DNA of 64,000 bases, taken from the NCBI GenBank assembly GCA_041576015.1, contig JBFGLT010000001.1:5918-69917 (forward strand), read 5' to 3'. Under the pieces are notes generated by a model that did not search any database, was not told where the DNA came from, and saw only the letters and a program-made list of their open reading frames with translations. The first letter of the stretch is position 1, and every line of letters starts with the position of its first letter. Shown here piece by piece: positions 8,749 to 18,149 of the stretch. This DNA comes from Acidimicrobiales bacterium. GTDB lineage: Bacteria; Actinomycetota; Acidimicrobiia; Acidimicrobiales; SZUA-35. The position numbers were made by a program, and so were the translations under genes.

Positions 8749-10008
8749 ATGAACGAATTTTCGCCGCGACCTGTCCGCGCCCTCCTGGTCTGCCATTCGT
8801 GTTCACCGGCAGGTGGATCCGAGGCGCGCATGAGCTGGCGGTGGGTCACCCATCTGGCCAAGGCCGGCGTCCAGATCACCGCCCTGATCAACCGGGCCGA
8901 CCCGACGGCGACGATCGATCCCCGGACCGCGCTACTCCCGCCGGGGATTCCCGACGGCTGCGCACCGGTCTTCGTCGACGTCGCCCCACCGATCTGGTCG
9001 CGACGGTTGCCGATCGTCGCCTATACGGCGCTGGACTATCAGGGCTGGCAACGACGAGCTCTTGCCGAGGCACGATCGCGACACGCCGAGGAACCCGTCG
9101 ACATCGTGCACCACCTGTCGTGGGCGAGCGTGCACCACGGCACACAGCTCGTGCGGTTGGGCGCACCGTTCATACTCGGGCCGGTGGGGGGCGGCACGAC
9201 CAGCGCCGAGGGCTACCGCGACTGCTTCGAGGACAGCTGGCGATACGAACGATTGCGCAACCTTCTCGTCCGGTCGATCGCATGGAATCCCATGGCCCGC
9301 CGGCTCGTCCGGGGGTCGGCGCTCCTCGTCGCGTCGAATCCGGAGACCAAGGTCCTTTTGGAGCGGCTCGGCTCCGAGGAGGTCGAACTGATGCTCGATG
9401 ATGGCGTCGATCCCGACGAACTCCGCACCGAGCCGGTTCAGCAGTCGGCGTCCGGACCGCTCCGCATCCTCTGGGTGGGCCGCATCATGGAACGCAAGGC
9501 CCTGGGCATGGCGCTCGAGGCTGTCGCCCGGGCGGCCCAGACGACCCCGGTCACGATGACGGTCATCGGCGACGGCGAGCACCGGTTCGTCGTCGCCGAC
9601 CGGCTGGCCGAACTCGGCGCCGAAGGCGTCATCGACGACCGTGGCTGGGTCGACCAGGCGGCGGTCGACGATGCGTACTCCCATCACGACGTGCTGCTGT
9701 TCAACAGCGTCCGTGACAACGGGAGTGCTCCGCTGCATGCGGCCTCGACCCATGGACTGCCGGCGGTCGTCATCGCTCATCAGGGGCCCGGGGCCATCAC
9801 CTCCGAAGACTGGGCTGTCCGTGTGCCACCGTCGACCACTTCGGAGACCATCGACGAGCTGGCCAGAGCTCTGGTCGAGCTGGCCGGTGATCGCGACCGC
9901 CGCACGTCGATGGGGTGGGCAGCCCTCGAGGCTGCGAAACGCAACACCTGGCCCGAGCGCGCCGCCACGATGGTCCGCTGGTACCGCGAGGTGATCGAGC
10001 GGACCTGA
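8749..10008 (+). CDS. GT4-family (group 1) glycosyltransferase
   Basis: GT-B fold features: ALLVCHSCSPAGGSEARMSW, ILWVGRIMERKA, and a C-terminal E-x7-E-like region. The start is uncertain (ATG at 8749, 8710 or 8659). Confidence 0.7.
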   Translation: MNEFSPRPVRALLVCHSCSPAGGSEARMSWRWVTHLAKAGVQITALINRADPTATIDPRTALLPPGIPDGCAPVFVDVAPPIWSRRLPIVAYTALDYQGWQRRALAEARSRHAEEPVDIVHHLSWASVHHGTQLVRLGAPFILGPVGGGTTSAEGYRDCFEDSWRYERLRNLLVRSIAWNPMARRLVRGSALLVASNPETKVLLERLGSEEVELMLDDGVDPDELRTEPVQQSASGPLRILWVGRIMERKALGMALEAVARAAQTTPVTMTVIGDGEHRFVVADRLAELGAEGVIDDRGWVDQAAVDDAYSHHDVLLFNSVRDNGSAPLHAASTHGLPAVVIAHQGPGAITSEDWAVRVPPSTTSETIDELARALVELAGDRDRRTSMGWAALEAAKRNTWPERAATMVRWYREVIERT

Positions 10009-10047
10009 CCCCGCGGATGATGTCCCGGGCCCGCTGTCCGGGGCCCG

Positions 10048-11508
10048 CTAGGCCCGTCGGATGGCAGCCAGGGCGTCGCGGCCCTGGGCGACGAGGTCGG
10101 CGCGGTACACGGGGATGGCCAGGAGAACCAGACCCGGGACGAACAGCAGCGGGAGCCACGAGAGGGTCGGCAGGAAGGCGGTGAGGGACGCCGGCGCCAG
10201 CGCCACCAGCCAAGGGAGATACCGACGGTAGGTCGGCACGAAGATCTGCCGCAGCGGTCCCTCGAGAGTCAAGAAGCTGAGCGTCGACAGGACCGCCGCC
10301 AACCCCAGGCCGATCGGACCAAACACCGCCGCCAGCGGCCCGGCGGTGGTGACGGCGATGGCGACCTGGAGGAGTCGCTGGACCGTTGCCGGATTGGGTT
10401 GGTCGGTCACCCGGAGGACATTGCCGTGGAGGTCGAAGCTCACCGAGATGAGTTGGAACAGACACAGCAGGCCGAGCACGGGAAGCGCCGGCCCCCACTC
10501 GGTCTCGGCCGTGTCGATGATCAGCGGCAACAGGATCGGAGCCGCCATCGCCACGCCGGCGATGATGACCCCGGTCGAGAGGAGGTGGAGCACCACCCCC
10601 TGGCTGTGAGCCCGGCGCAGGCGTTCCCGATCCCGCTGGACCTTGGACAAGCTGGCCAGCGCCACCTGTTCGACGGCGACACGGAGCACGGCTGTCCGGT
10701 TGGCGAGCCGCTGAGCGGCACCGACGACACCGGCTCCCGCCTGTCCGAGGACACCGCCGGCGATGAGAGCCAGCGATGAGTCGAAGGCGTGAATACTGGC
10801 GTCATACACGGCGAAGCTGTACCCGCGACGGATCTCGTTGCGCCAGCGGCGGACATCGCGCACGAGGCCCGGGCGGTATCCCGATCGCCACATGAGCCCG
10901 CCGGTGAGCGTGGAGCTCATGGCGATCTGTCCGAGCACGGGCGCGCCGAACCCCAGGCCGAGGACGGCCAGCGGGATGGCCACCAGGTAGAAGGCGAGGT
11001 CCGCCGACACCTCCACGACACCCCGTTCGCCGAAGCGGAGATCGCGATCCATCTTCACCCGGGGTGCCACTCCCTGCATGTCGATGGCCAGGGCCACAGC
11101 GATCCCGGCGCCGGCGAGGAGGACGTCGTTGCCGCCGGAGCGGCCGTTGGCCAGTAGCCCGGCGGCGAGAACCAGCAGCGCAATCCCGACTGCGCCGTTG
11201 TGGGTGGCGACCATGTCGAAGTCGGACTTGGTCGGTTCATCCTCCCGGCGGGTCAGCTGGGTGGCGATTCCGAAGTTCAGCAGCAGACCGGAGGGCACGG
11301 CGATCGAGATGGGGATGATGTAGGCGCCGTACTCGTCGCTTCCGAGGAGGCTCAGCATGGCGAAGACGCCGACGACCCGAATGACGTTGCCGATCCCTTG
11401 GCGAACCAGAAGGTGGACGCTCCCGCGCATCACCCGGTTCTTGAATCCGGGGTCGCTGCCGGGCGAACCCGCAGACGCCGGGCCGGCCTCGGCGGCGGAG
11501 GGCATCAT
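10048..11508 (-). CDS. Wzx-type polysaccharide flippase (MOP superfamily)
   Basis: 486 aa with about 12-14 hydrophobic segments. ATG at 11508 overlaps the stop of the upstream glycosyltransferase (ATGA). The longer track ORF to 11727 would overlap that gene. Confidence 0.75.
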   Translation of the reverse strand: MMPSAAEAGPASAGSPGSDPGFKNRVMRGSVHLLVRQGIGNVIRVVGVFAMLSLLGSDEYGAYIIPISIAVPSGLLLNFGIATQLTRREDEPTKSDFDMVATHNGAVGIALLVLAAGLLANGRSGGNDVLLAGAGIAVALAIDMQGVAPRVKMDRDLRFGERGVVEVSADLAFYLVAIPLAVLGLGFGAPVLGQIAMSSTLTGGLMWRSGYRPGLVRDVRRWRNEIRRGYSFAVYDASIHAFDSSLALIAGGVLGQAGAGVVGAAQRLANRTAVLRVAVEQVALASLSKVQRDRERLRRAHSQGVVLHLLSTGVIIAGVAMAAPILLPLIIDTAETEWGPALPVLGLLCLFQLISVSFDLHGNVLRVTDQPNPATVQRLLQVAIAVTTAGPLAAVFGPIGLGLAAVLSTLSFLTLEGPLRQIFVPTYRRYLPWLVALAPASLTAFLPTLSWLPLLFVPGLVLLAIPVYRADLVAQGRDALAAIRRA

Positions 11509-12542
11509 CTGGCAGCGCCGGCCCGGGGCCGGCCTCGCTGTTCGATCGCCTTGGAGACGAACTGCGGGGGCCAGGTGAGGAAGGACCGAGCAGCGAACCG
11601 GGCGAAGTCGAGGCGGCGACCGTCGACCAGGGCGGCACCGGCCCGCCGGAACAGGTGCCGGCTCTTCACCTTCCTGGCGTGCGCTGTCCGGACCAACCAC
11701 GGGCGAGACTCCATCGTGGCCAGCCACTCCTCGAAGGTGGGCTCCGGATCACCGTTGTCGAGTGCCCGCAGGCACGCCTCGAAGTACTCGAATCGTTCGA
11801 ACTGGTGTCCGAAGTTCCTGGAGCTGTCGGAGCCGTCGTGGATGCGGAATCCGAAGCGACGGTCGGTTTGGGTGAGAGCCGGCCACTTCCGGCCGATCAG
11901 GCCGGTGAGCGCAGCGTCCATCGCCGAGCCGAATCGATCCTGGAACCCGCCCACCTCCCGCGCCGCCTCGGTGTCGAAGATCACGGCCGGAAAGCAGTAC
12001 TGGACCGGCGTCGACGATCGTCGGTAGCGCTGCCACTCCTCCAGCGTCACCGGACCGATGTCCATGCGGCCCTTCTTTACGGGATGCTCGAAGTCACCGC
12101 CGATTCGATGACAGAACGTCCCGACCATCTTGAGATCCGGAACCGAGTTGAACAGTGCGACGGCGTCGGTGAAGCGGTCGGCGAACACCAGGTCGTCGTC
12201 GCCCATGAAGTTGACCAGTGCCGTTTCCACCTCCGAAAGGGCCCGTTGATGGGACTCGGTCACCGGGACCCGCTCGTCGATCCGGACGATCTTCACCGGG
12301 CCCGGCCAGCGTTCGACGAGATCCTCGACAGCTGGCCACGTGGCCTCCGACGCCTCGTTCAGGACCAACTGGAGGGTTGGTCCAGCCGGCGTGGTGTCGA
12401 GAAGGCTCCCGATCGCTGCCCGGAGGGCCTCGGGGCGGTCGACGGTGCAGATGTTGATCGTCAGGTCGGCAAGCGTCAGCGCAGCGTCCGGTCGGCCCGG
12501 CGGCGGGGTGTCCATGGTGGTCCAGTCTGTCAGCGCTGCCAC
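11505..12542 (-). CDS. GT2-like glycosyltransferase with uncharacterised C-terminal extension
   Basis: LTINICTVDRPEALRAAIGSLL and NFMGDDDLV (DxD). The last ~140 aa have no motif I recognise. The start is GTG at 12542 or ATG at 12515. Confidence 0.6.
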   Translation of the reverse strand: MAALTDWTTMDTPPPGRPDAALTLADLTINICTVDRPEALRAAIGSLLDTTPAGPTLQLVLNEASEATWPAVEDLVERWPGPVKIVRIDERVPVTESHQRALSEVETALVNFMGDDDLVFADRFTDAVALFNSVPDLKMVGTFCHRIGGDFEHPVKKGRMDIGPVTLEEWQRYRRSSTPVQYCFPAVIFDTEAAREVGGFQDRFGSAMDAALTGLIGRKWPALTQTDRRFGFRIHDGSDSSRNFGHQFERFEYFEACLRALDNGDPEPTFEEWLATMESRPWLVRTAHARKVKSRHLFRRAGAALVDGRRLDFARFAARSFLTWPPQFVSKAIEQRGRPRAGAAR

Positions 12543-12616
12543 TGCGCCGTGTGAGGATCGTGGCTCATTACCCCCCGGTATCGTCCGATCGGACTACCCA
12601 GAGAAACGAGGAACCG

Positions 12617-13786
12617 ATGGCCACCATCCTTTGGCTGTCCGGGGAGTACCTGCTCCCTGCCGACAGCGGACTGTATCGCTACAGCTTGGACATGATGAAC
12701 GCTCTACGCACCTACGGACACGAGATCAACGCCATCGGTCGCGCCAGAACGCCCGAGGGGGAGGACCGATCGGCCCCAGGGTGGGTCATCCTCCCGCACC
12801 GCAGCCTCCCGATGTGGCGACGGATGGCTGGAAAGGCGCCGGTCAAGGTCGTCGACGTCTGGGATCGGACCTACGCGGCGGCGGTCGAACGGGCCATCGA
12901 GGAACACGCGCCCGACGTTGTTCTCTTCGACCATCTGCGGGCGGCGGCTGCGCTCGACGTCATCGGGGGGAGGATCCCGACGGTGTACGTCTCCCAGAAC
13001 GACGAATCGATGGTCAAACGGCGGATGGTCCCTGCCGCCCGTGGGATCAGGAAACTGGCGCTCTGGATCGATCTCAAGAAGATGGAACGGTTCGAGACGC
13101 GACTTCTGCGCCAGTGCGACGGGATCAGCGCCATCTCCTCGGCCGACGTGAAGTCGTTCGCCTCCAGGGTGCCCCACCAGCAGATCGTCCATACGCTGCC
13201 GACCTACCGGGGCACCAGGGTGCGGACCCGTACGATCACCGCCGACACCCCGCGGAGGGTGGCGATGATCAGCACCCTCTACTGGGGGGCCAAGATCGAC
13301 AACATGATGATGGCCCTCCGGGGTCTCGAGCCCTCGATCTCGGCGGGGACCGAGGTCGTGGTCTTCACCGGCGGATACCAACCCCCGGCCGCCGTCGCCC
13401 GGGACTACCCCACCGTTCGCTTCGAGGGGTTCGTCGAGGACTTCGACGCCGCCCTCGCCGAGTGCCGGCTCGGGGTCGTGTACGAGCCGGTCGGAGGTGG
13501 CTTCAAGATGAAGACCCTCGACTTCATCTTCCACCGCGTTCCCCTCGTGATGGGCCGCGCGTCGGCGGCCGAACTCCCCCTGCAGGCGGGGGAGAGCGTG
13601 GAACTGGTGAACAGCGCTGACGAGCTGGCACCGGTCGTCGACAGCCTGCTCGACGATTTCGATCGACTCAATTCGCTCCAGGAAGCCGCATTCGCGACCT
13701 GCGCCGGCCTCTTCACGTCTGATGCAGTACGTCCCCTGTCCGACCTGGTCGATCAGCTCACTTCGACCCACTCGATCCCCAATTAG
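12617..13786 (+). CDS. GT4-family (group 1) glycosyltransferase
   Basis: ATG at 12617 is preceded by GAGGA. It has a GT-B C-terminal domain with EPVGGGFKMKTLDFIFHRVP (E-x7-E-type region). Confidence 0.7.
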   Translation: MATILWLSGEYLLPADSGLYRYSLDMMNALRTYGHEINAIGRARTPEGEDRSAPGWVILPHRSLPMWRRMAGKAPVKVVDVWDRTYAAAVERAIEEHAPDVVLFDHLRAAAALDVIGGRIPTVYVSQNDESMVKRRMVPAARGIRKLALWIDLKKMERFETRLLRQCDGISAISSADVKSFASRVPHQQIVHTLPTYRGTRVRTRTITADTPRRVAMISTLYWGAKIDNMMMALRGLEPSISAGTEVVVFTGGYQPPAAVARDYPTVRFEGFVEDFDAALAECRLGVVYEPVGGGFKMKTLDFIFHRVPLVMGRASAAELPLQAGESVELVNSADELAPVVDSLLDDFDRLNSLQEAAFATCAGLFTSDAVRPLSDLVDQLTSTHSIPN

Positions 13787-13797
13787 GTTGTGCGCGA

Positions 13798-14625
13798 ATG
13801 ACCCTCGACCCCACTCAACGCGTCGACGTCCTCGGAGTCCATGTCAGTACCCTGGACTTGCCCACCACCGTCGAGGAAATCGCCCGCTGGATACGCGACG
13901 GCGAGCGTCAGTACGTGTGCGTTCGAGACGCCCACGGGGTCATGCTGGCACAAAAGGACGAAGCGTTCCGGCAGATCCAGAATCGGTCCGGCCTCACGAC
14001 CCCCGACGGCATGCCGATGGTCTGGTCCGGCCGGTGGGCTGGGGTCAAGGAGATGCGCCGGGTCTACGGTCCGGACCTGATCCAGGCGGTGAGCGAACGA
14101 GCCGGTCGGGAGGGATGGCGGTTCTTCTACTACGGCGGCACCAATGGCGTCGCCGAGGACCTTGCCGCCGAGATCGAGCGGCGGGCCCCCGGGGTGGTGA
14201 ACGTCGGAACCTACACTCCGCCGTTTCGGCCACTGACCCTCGAAGAGCGGTCCGACATCGTCGAGATGATCAACCGAGCCGAGGCCGACATCGTGTGGGT
14301 GGGTCTGTCGAGCCCCAAGCAGGAGTACTGGATGCACGACGTCCGTCCTGAGCTGAACGCCGCCGTCCTCATCGGGATCGGTGCCGCGTTCGACATGCTC
14401 ACCGGACGGGTTCGTCAGGCACCCCGCCTGATCCAACGGTCCGGTTTCGAATGGTTGTTCCGGCTCCTCATGGAACCACGACGGCTCTGGCGACGGTATG
14501 TCCTGAACCTCCCGAGGTTCGCCATGAAGCTGCTGTTCCGCCGACCGCGACTGGTCGACGAGCGTCGTTGTCCCGCCGGCGGCCGGCCAACGCCGGACGA
14601 GCCGGTTCCCCCACCGGCGCAGTGA
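13798..14625 (+). CDS. WecG/TagA/CpsF-family (GT26) glycosyltransferase
   Basis: VLGVHVSTLDL, TPDGMPMVW, RVYGPDL, WRFFYYGG, GLSSPKQEYWM and IGAAFD are typical GT26 motifs. Confidence 0.85.
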   Translation: MTLDPTQRVDVLGVHVSTLDLPTTVEEIARWIRDGERQYVCVRDAHGVMLAQKDEAFRQIQNRSGLTTPDGMPMVWSGRWAGVKEMRRVYGPDLIQAVSERAGREGWRFFYYGGTNGVAEDLAAEIERRAPGVVNVGTYTPPFRPLTLEERSDIVEMINRAEADIVWVGLSSPKQEYWMHDVRPELNAAVLIGIGAAFDMLTGRVRQAPRLIQRSGFEWLFRLLMEPRRLWRRYVLNLPRFAMKLLFRRPRLVDERRCPAGGRPTPDEPVPPPAQ

Positions 14626-14645
14626 CCGGGCCGGCCACGGCCCGG
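14626..14645. terminator. GC-only hairpin between convergent genes (possible bidirectional terminator)
   Basis: CCGGGCCG-GCCA-CGGCCCGG: a perfect 8-bp stem with a 4-nt loop, starting 1 nt after the GT26 stop and 17 nt before the RfbC-like stop. There is no U-tract. Confidence 0.4.
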
Positions 14646-14661
14646 CCGTTCCCCCAGGCAA

Positions 14662-15192
14662 TCAGCCAAACGGTGGCCAGCCGGCATCCTTCTCGCTGAG
14701 GACCACGCCCGTCGAGATCGGCCAATCGATGGCGAAAAACGGATCGTCCCAGCGGAGACCTTTCTCGGCGCCGGGCGTGTACGGCGTGTTCGTGAGGTAG
14801 ATCACCTCGCTGTCGGGAAGGAGGCTCTGGTAGGCGTGGGCACAGCCTTCGGGGATCACGAGGGCCAAGCGGTTCTGCGGGGTCAACTCGACGCCGACCC
14901 ACGCACCGAAGGTGGGCGAGTCCCTGCGTACATCGGCGCAGACGTCGAAGATGGCACCGTTGATGCACCGCATGAACTTGGCCTCGGCATCGGGTGCCTC
15001 CTGCCAGTGCAACCCACGGATCATGCCGGCGTCGACGCAGTAGCTCGTGTTGATCTGCGCGACGCTGCTCGCTGCGCCGATGGCGGCGAGTTCGTCGACG
15101 CACCACTGACGGGCGAAGAACCCCCGCTCGTCGCCGATCGGCTGAAGCGAGGCGACGAAGCAGCCATCGACGCTCGTCGGTTCGAACTGCAC
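14662..15192 (-). CDS. dTDP-4-dehydrorhamnose 3,5-epimerase family (RfbC-like cupin) sugar-nucleotide epimerase
   Basis: 176 aa with DERGFFARQW, IRGLHWQ, AKFMRCINGAIFDV and YQSLLPDSEVIY. Confidence 0.85.
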   Translation of the reverse strand: MQFEPTSVDGCFVASLQPIGDERGFFARQWCVDELAAIGAASSVAQINTSYCVDAGMIRGLHWQEAPDAEAKFMRCINGAIFDVCADVRRDSPTFGAWVGVELTPQNRLALVIPEGCAHAYQSLLPDSEVIYLTNTPYTPGAEKGLRWDDPFFAIDWPISTGVVLSEKDAGWPPFG

Positions 15193-15195
15193 GGC

Positions 15196-16227
15196 TCAGG
15201 TCCAGTAGAACCGGTCGGTCACCTGCGCGGTGTCGAGCAGGTGCTGCATCTGCTTGATGCGACGGTGACCACGATGCCCCTGCAGGCTTTCGTCGAAGGC
15301 GATGCGGTCGAACATCGCCACCATCTCGTGCACACCGGAACGTACATCGTGATCACATGAGAAGCCTGGCAACTTGCTGGTGATCTTGGTGAAGTTCACC
15401 TTGTAGTTCCGGTTGTCGCCGCCCTTTTCGCCGATGACGACCTCACACCCGGGAACCTCGTCGCCGATGATCTCGCAGATGTCGCGGATCTGGTAGTTCC
15501 CGCGGTCGTCCCCCACGTTGAAGATCTCATCATGCACTACGTCCTGCGGTGCCTCGAGGGCGCACCGCATGGCCTTGCCGATGTCGGCCACGTGGACGAA
15601 CGGACGCCACGGTGTGCCGTCGGACTCGAGCACCAGTTTCCTCGTGAGGTAGGCCTGGGCCGTCAGGTCGTTGATGGCCAGGTCGAAGCGCATCCGGGGG
15701 CTGAGCCCGAAGGCCGTGCCGTTGCGCAGGTAGACCGGCGAGAAGCGGTCGTCGGCCATGGCGGCCAGGTCCTGCTCGCACAGCAGTTTGCATTTGGCGT
15801 AGGCGGTCAACGGACCGGTCTCGGATTCCTCGGTTGCGAAGATGTCCTCGTTGTCGCCGGACGCGCCGTACACGCTGCACGAACTGCTGTACACGAACCG
15901 CCGGACCCCCGCCGCCTTGGCCAGCTCAGCCAGCCGAACGGTGGCAGCGTGGTTGATCTCGTAGGTGAGGTCGGGGTTCAGGTTGCCGAGGGGGTCGTTC
16001 GACAGGTCGGCCAGATGCACGACCGCATCGAATCCGGCGAGGTGCTCGGGTGCAAGACTGCGAGTGTCCGCACGCGTCCATGCCGCGGACCGCTCGACAC
16101 CGTCGTAGAGCCAGCCGACCCGATGGAACCCGGTGTCGTAGCTGACGACCTCGTGGCCGCTGCGAATGAGGCGTTCACCGAGGAGTACACCGATGTACCC
16201 CTCGCCGCCGGTCAGGAGGATCTTCAT
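15196..16227 (-). CDS. NAD-dependent epimerase/dehydratase (extended SDR)
   Basis: MKILLTGGEGYIGVLL (GxxGxxG), SSSCSVYG and YAKCK (YxxxK). Overlaps rfbF by 4 nt. Confidence 0.8.
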   Translation of the reverse strand: MKILLTGGEGYIGVLLGERLIRSGHEVVSYDTGFHRVGWLYDGVERSAAWTRADTRSLAPEHLAGFDAVVHLADLSNDPLGNLNPDLTYEINHAATVRLAELAKAAGVRRFVYSSSCSVYGASGDNEDIFATEESETGPLTAYAKCKLLCEQDLAAMADDRFSPVYLRNGTAFGLSPRMRFDLAINDLTAQAYLTRKLVLESDGTPWRPFVHVADIGKAMRCALEAPQDVVHDEIFNVGDDRGNYQIRDICEIIGDEVPGCEVVIGEKGGDNRNYKVNFTKITSKLPGFSCDHDVRSGVHEMVAMFDRIAFDESLQGHRGHRRIKQMQHLLDTAQVTDRFYWT

Positions 16228-17000
16228 GCGCTACTCCAGTTGTTCCACGGGGCGTTCCCCCCGTCCCACAGCGACTCCAACAGCTCCTTGTCGCGGAGGG
16301 TGTCCATGCACTGCCAAAAGGTTTCGTGGCGGTAGGCCATGAGCTGACCGTCCTTGGCCAGGTTCGCCAGCGGCTCTTTCGAGAAGTCGGTCCGGTCCGA
16401 TTCGATGTAGTCGAGGACCTCGGGTTCGAGCACGAAGAATCCGCCGTTGATCCACCCCTCGCCGGTCTGTGGCTTCTCGGTGAAGCTGGCGATGGCGTCG
16501 CCGTCGAGCTCGAGGGCGCCGAACCGGGCCGGCGGTCGCACGGCGGTCAAGGTGGCCAGCTTGCCGTGATCGCGGTGGAACTCGACCAGGCGGGTGATAT
16601 CGACATCGCAGACCCCGTCCCCGTAGGTCGCCATGAAGGTGCCGTTGTAGTGGGGCGCCAGACGCCGGATCCGCCCGCCGGTATGGGTGTGCAGTCCGGT
16701 GTCGATCAGACCGACCCTCCACCGCTCGTCGGGATCCTGGGTGTGGCGGATGATCTTGTTGGCCCCCAAATTGACGGTGAGGTCGCTGGCCAGGGTGGCG
16801 TACTCGGCGAAGTACTGCTTGATCATCTCTCCCTTGTATCCCAGGGCGATGAGGAAGTCGTCGAAACCATGAGCGGCGTAATGCTTCATGATGTGCCAGA
16901 TGATCGGGCGACCGCCGATCGACACGAGCGGCTTGGGCTTGCTGACCGTTTCTTCGCTGAGCCGGCTGCCGAGTCCGCCGGCGAGGATCACTACTTTCAT
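16224..17000 (-). CDS. rfbF: Glucose-1-phosphate cytidylyltransferase
   Basis: MKVVILAGGLGSRLSEETVSKPKPLVSIGGRPIIWHIMKHYAAHGFDDFLIALGYKG and EKPQTGEGWINGGFFVLEP closely match the RfbF family. Confidence 0.9.
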   Translation of the reverse strand: MKVVILAGGLGSRLSEETVSKPKPLVSIGGRPIIWHIMKHYAAHGFDDFLIALGYKGEMIKQYFAEYATLASDLTVNLGANKIIRHTQDPDERWRVGLIDTGLHTHTGGRIRRLAPHYNGTFMATYGDGVCDVDITRLVEFHRDHGKLATLTAVRPPARFGALELDGDAIASFTEKPQTGEGWINGGFFVLEPEVLDYIESDRTDFSKEPLANLAKDGQLMAYRHETFWQCMDTLRDKELLESLWDGGNAPWNNWSSA

Positions 17001-17042
17001 CGGAGGGTGCTCCCGTGAGTAGAGGACGGGGACGGGTTGCGC

Positions 17043-17999
17043 CTAGGCCGCAACGCCACGGGCGTCGCCGTAGTGCTCTTCGAACCATCGGTAGGTTTCG
17101 GTGAGCCCTTGACGGAGGTCGATGCTGTGCTTCCAGCCGAGATCGTGCAGTTTGGCCACGTCGAGCACCTTGCGCGGTGTGCCGTCGGGTTTGGAGGAGT
17201 CCCAGGTCAGTTGGGCCTCCGGGTAGACGATCTCCCGGATCATCTCGGCGAGGGCGCGAATGCTGAGATCCTCGCCGGTCCCGACGTTGACGTGCTGTTC
17301 CCCGTCGTAGTTGGCCAGCAGGAAAATGCATGCGTCGGCCAGGTCGTCCACGTGGAGGAACTCCCGCATCGCCGATCCGGTCCCCCAGATCTCGACATTG
17401 GATCGACCGTCGATCTTGGCCTCGTGGAACTTGCGGATGAGGGCCGGAATGACGTGGGAGCCCTCGAGATCGAAGTTGTCGTTCGGACCGTAGAGATTGG
17501 TGGGCATCGCCGAGACGAAGTTGTCGCCGTACTGGCGCTTGTAGGTCTCGCACATCTTGATGCCGGCGATCTTGGCCAGGGCGTAGCCCTCGTTGGTTGG
17601 TTCCAATGCGCCGGTCAGCAGCTGATCTTCGTCAATGGGCTGGTGCGCGTGGCGTGGGTAGATGCAGCTGGAACCGAGGTAGAGGAGCTTCTCCACACCG
17701 ACCTGGTGGGCAGCATGGACGACCGTGCCATGGATCATCAGATTGTCGTAGAGGAACTCGGCCGGATAGCTGTTGTTGGCGTGGATGCCACCGACCTTCC
17801 CGGCCGCCAGAATGACCTGTTCAGGACGGTGTTCGGCCATCCATTCGTTCACATCATGCTGGTTGCGGAGATCGAGTTCTGAACGAGGTGCCGTGACGAG
17901 GTTGAGGAAGCCGCCGAGTTCGAGACGCCGGAGCAGCGCCGATCCCACCAATCCGCCATGGCCAGCCACGTAGATCTTGGAGTCTTGTATTAGGCCCAT
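17043..17999 (-). CDS. fcl: GDP-L-fucose synthase (GDP-4-keto-6-deoxy-D-mannose epimerase/reductase)
   Basis: KIYVAGHGGLVGSAL, LYLGSSCIYP, YALAK (YxxxK) and NLYGPNDNF. ATG at 17999. Confidence 0.85.
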   Translation of the reverse strand: MGLIQDSKIYVAGHGGLVGSALLRRLELGGFLNLVTAPRSELDLRNQHDVNEWMAEHRPEQVILAAGKVGGIHANNSYPAEFLYDNLMIHGTVVHAAHQVGVEKLLYLGSSCIYPRHAHQPIDEDQLLTGALEPTNEGYALAKIAGIKMCETYKRQYGDNFVSAMPTNLYGPNDNFDLEGSHVIPALIRKFHEAKIDGRSNVEIWGTGSAMREFLHVDDLADACIFLLANYDGEQHVNVGTGEDLSIRALAEMIREIVYPEAQLTWDSSKPDGTPRKVLDVAKLHDLGWKHSIDLRQGLTETYRWFEEHYGDARGVAA

Positions 18000-18149
18000 A
18001 GGGCAAAACCGTAGCGGCACCGCCGCCTAGGCTCGTGTGTCAAAGGAAGCACCGAGCCGGGCAAAGGTTCCCGTGGCGGCTTCCGTCGCATCGACCGACG
18101 ACCGAGTCGCTGTGTTCAACGATCGATCTCCCAGTCCGACGAGGTATCC

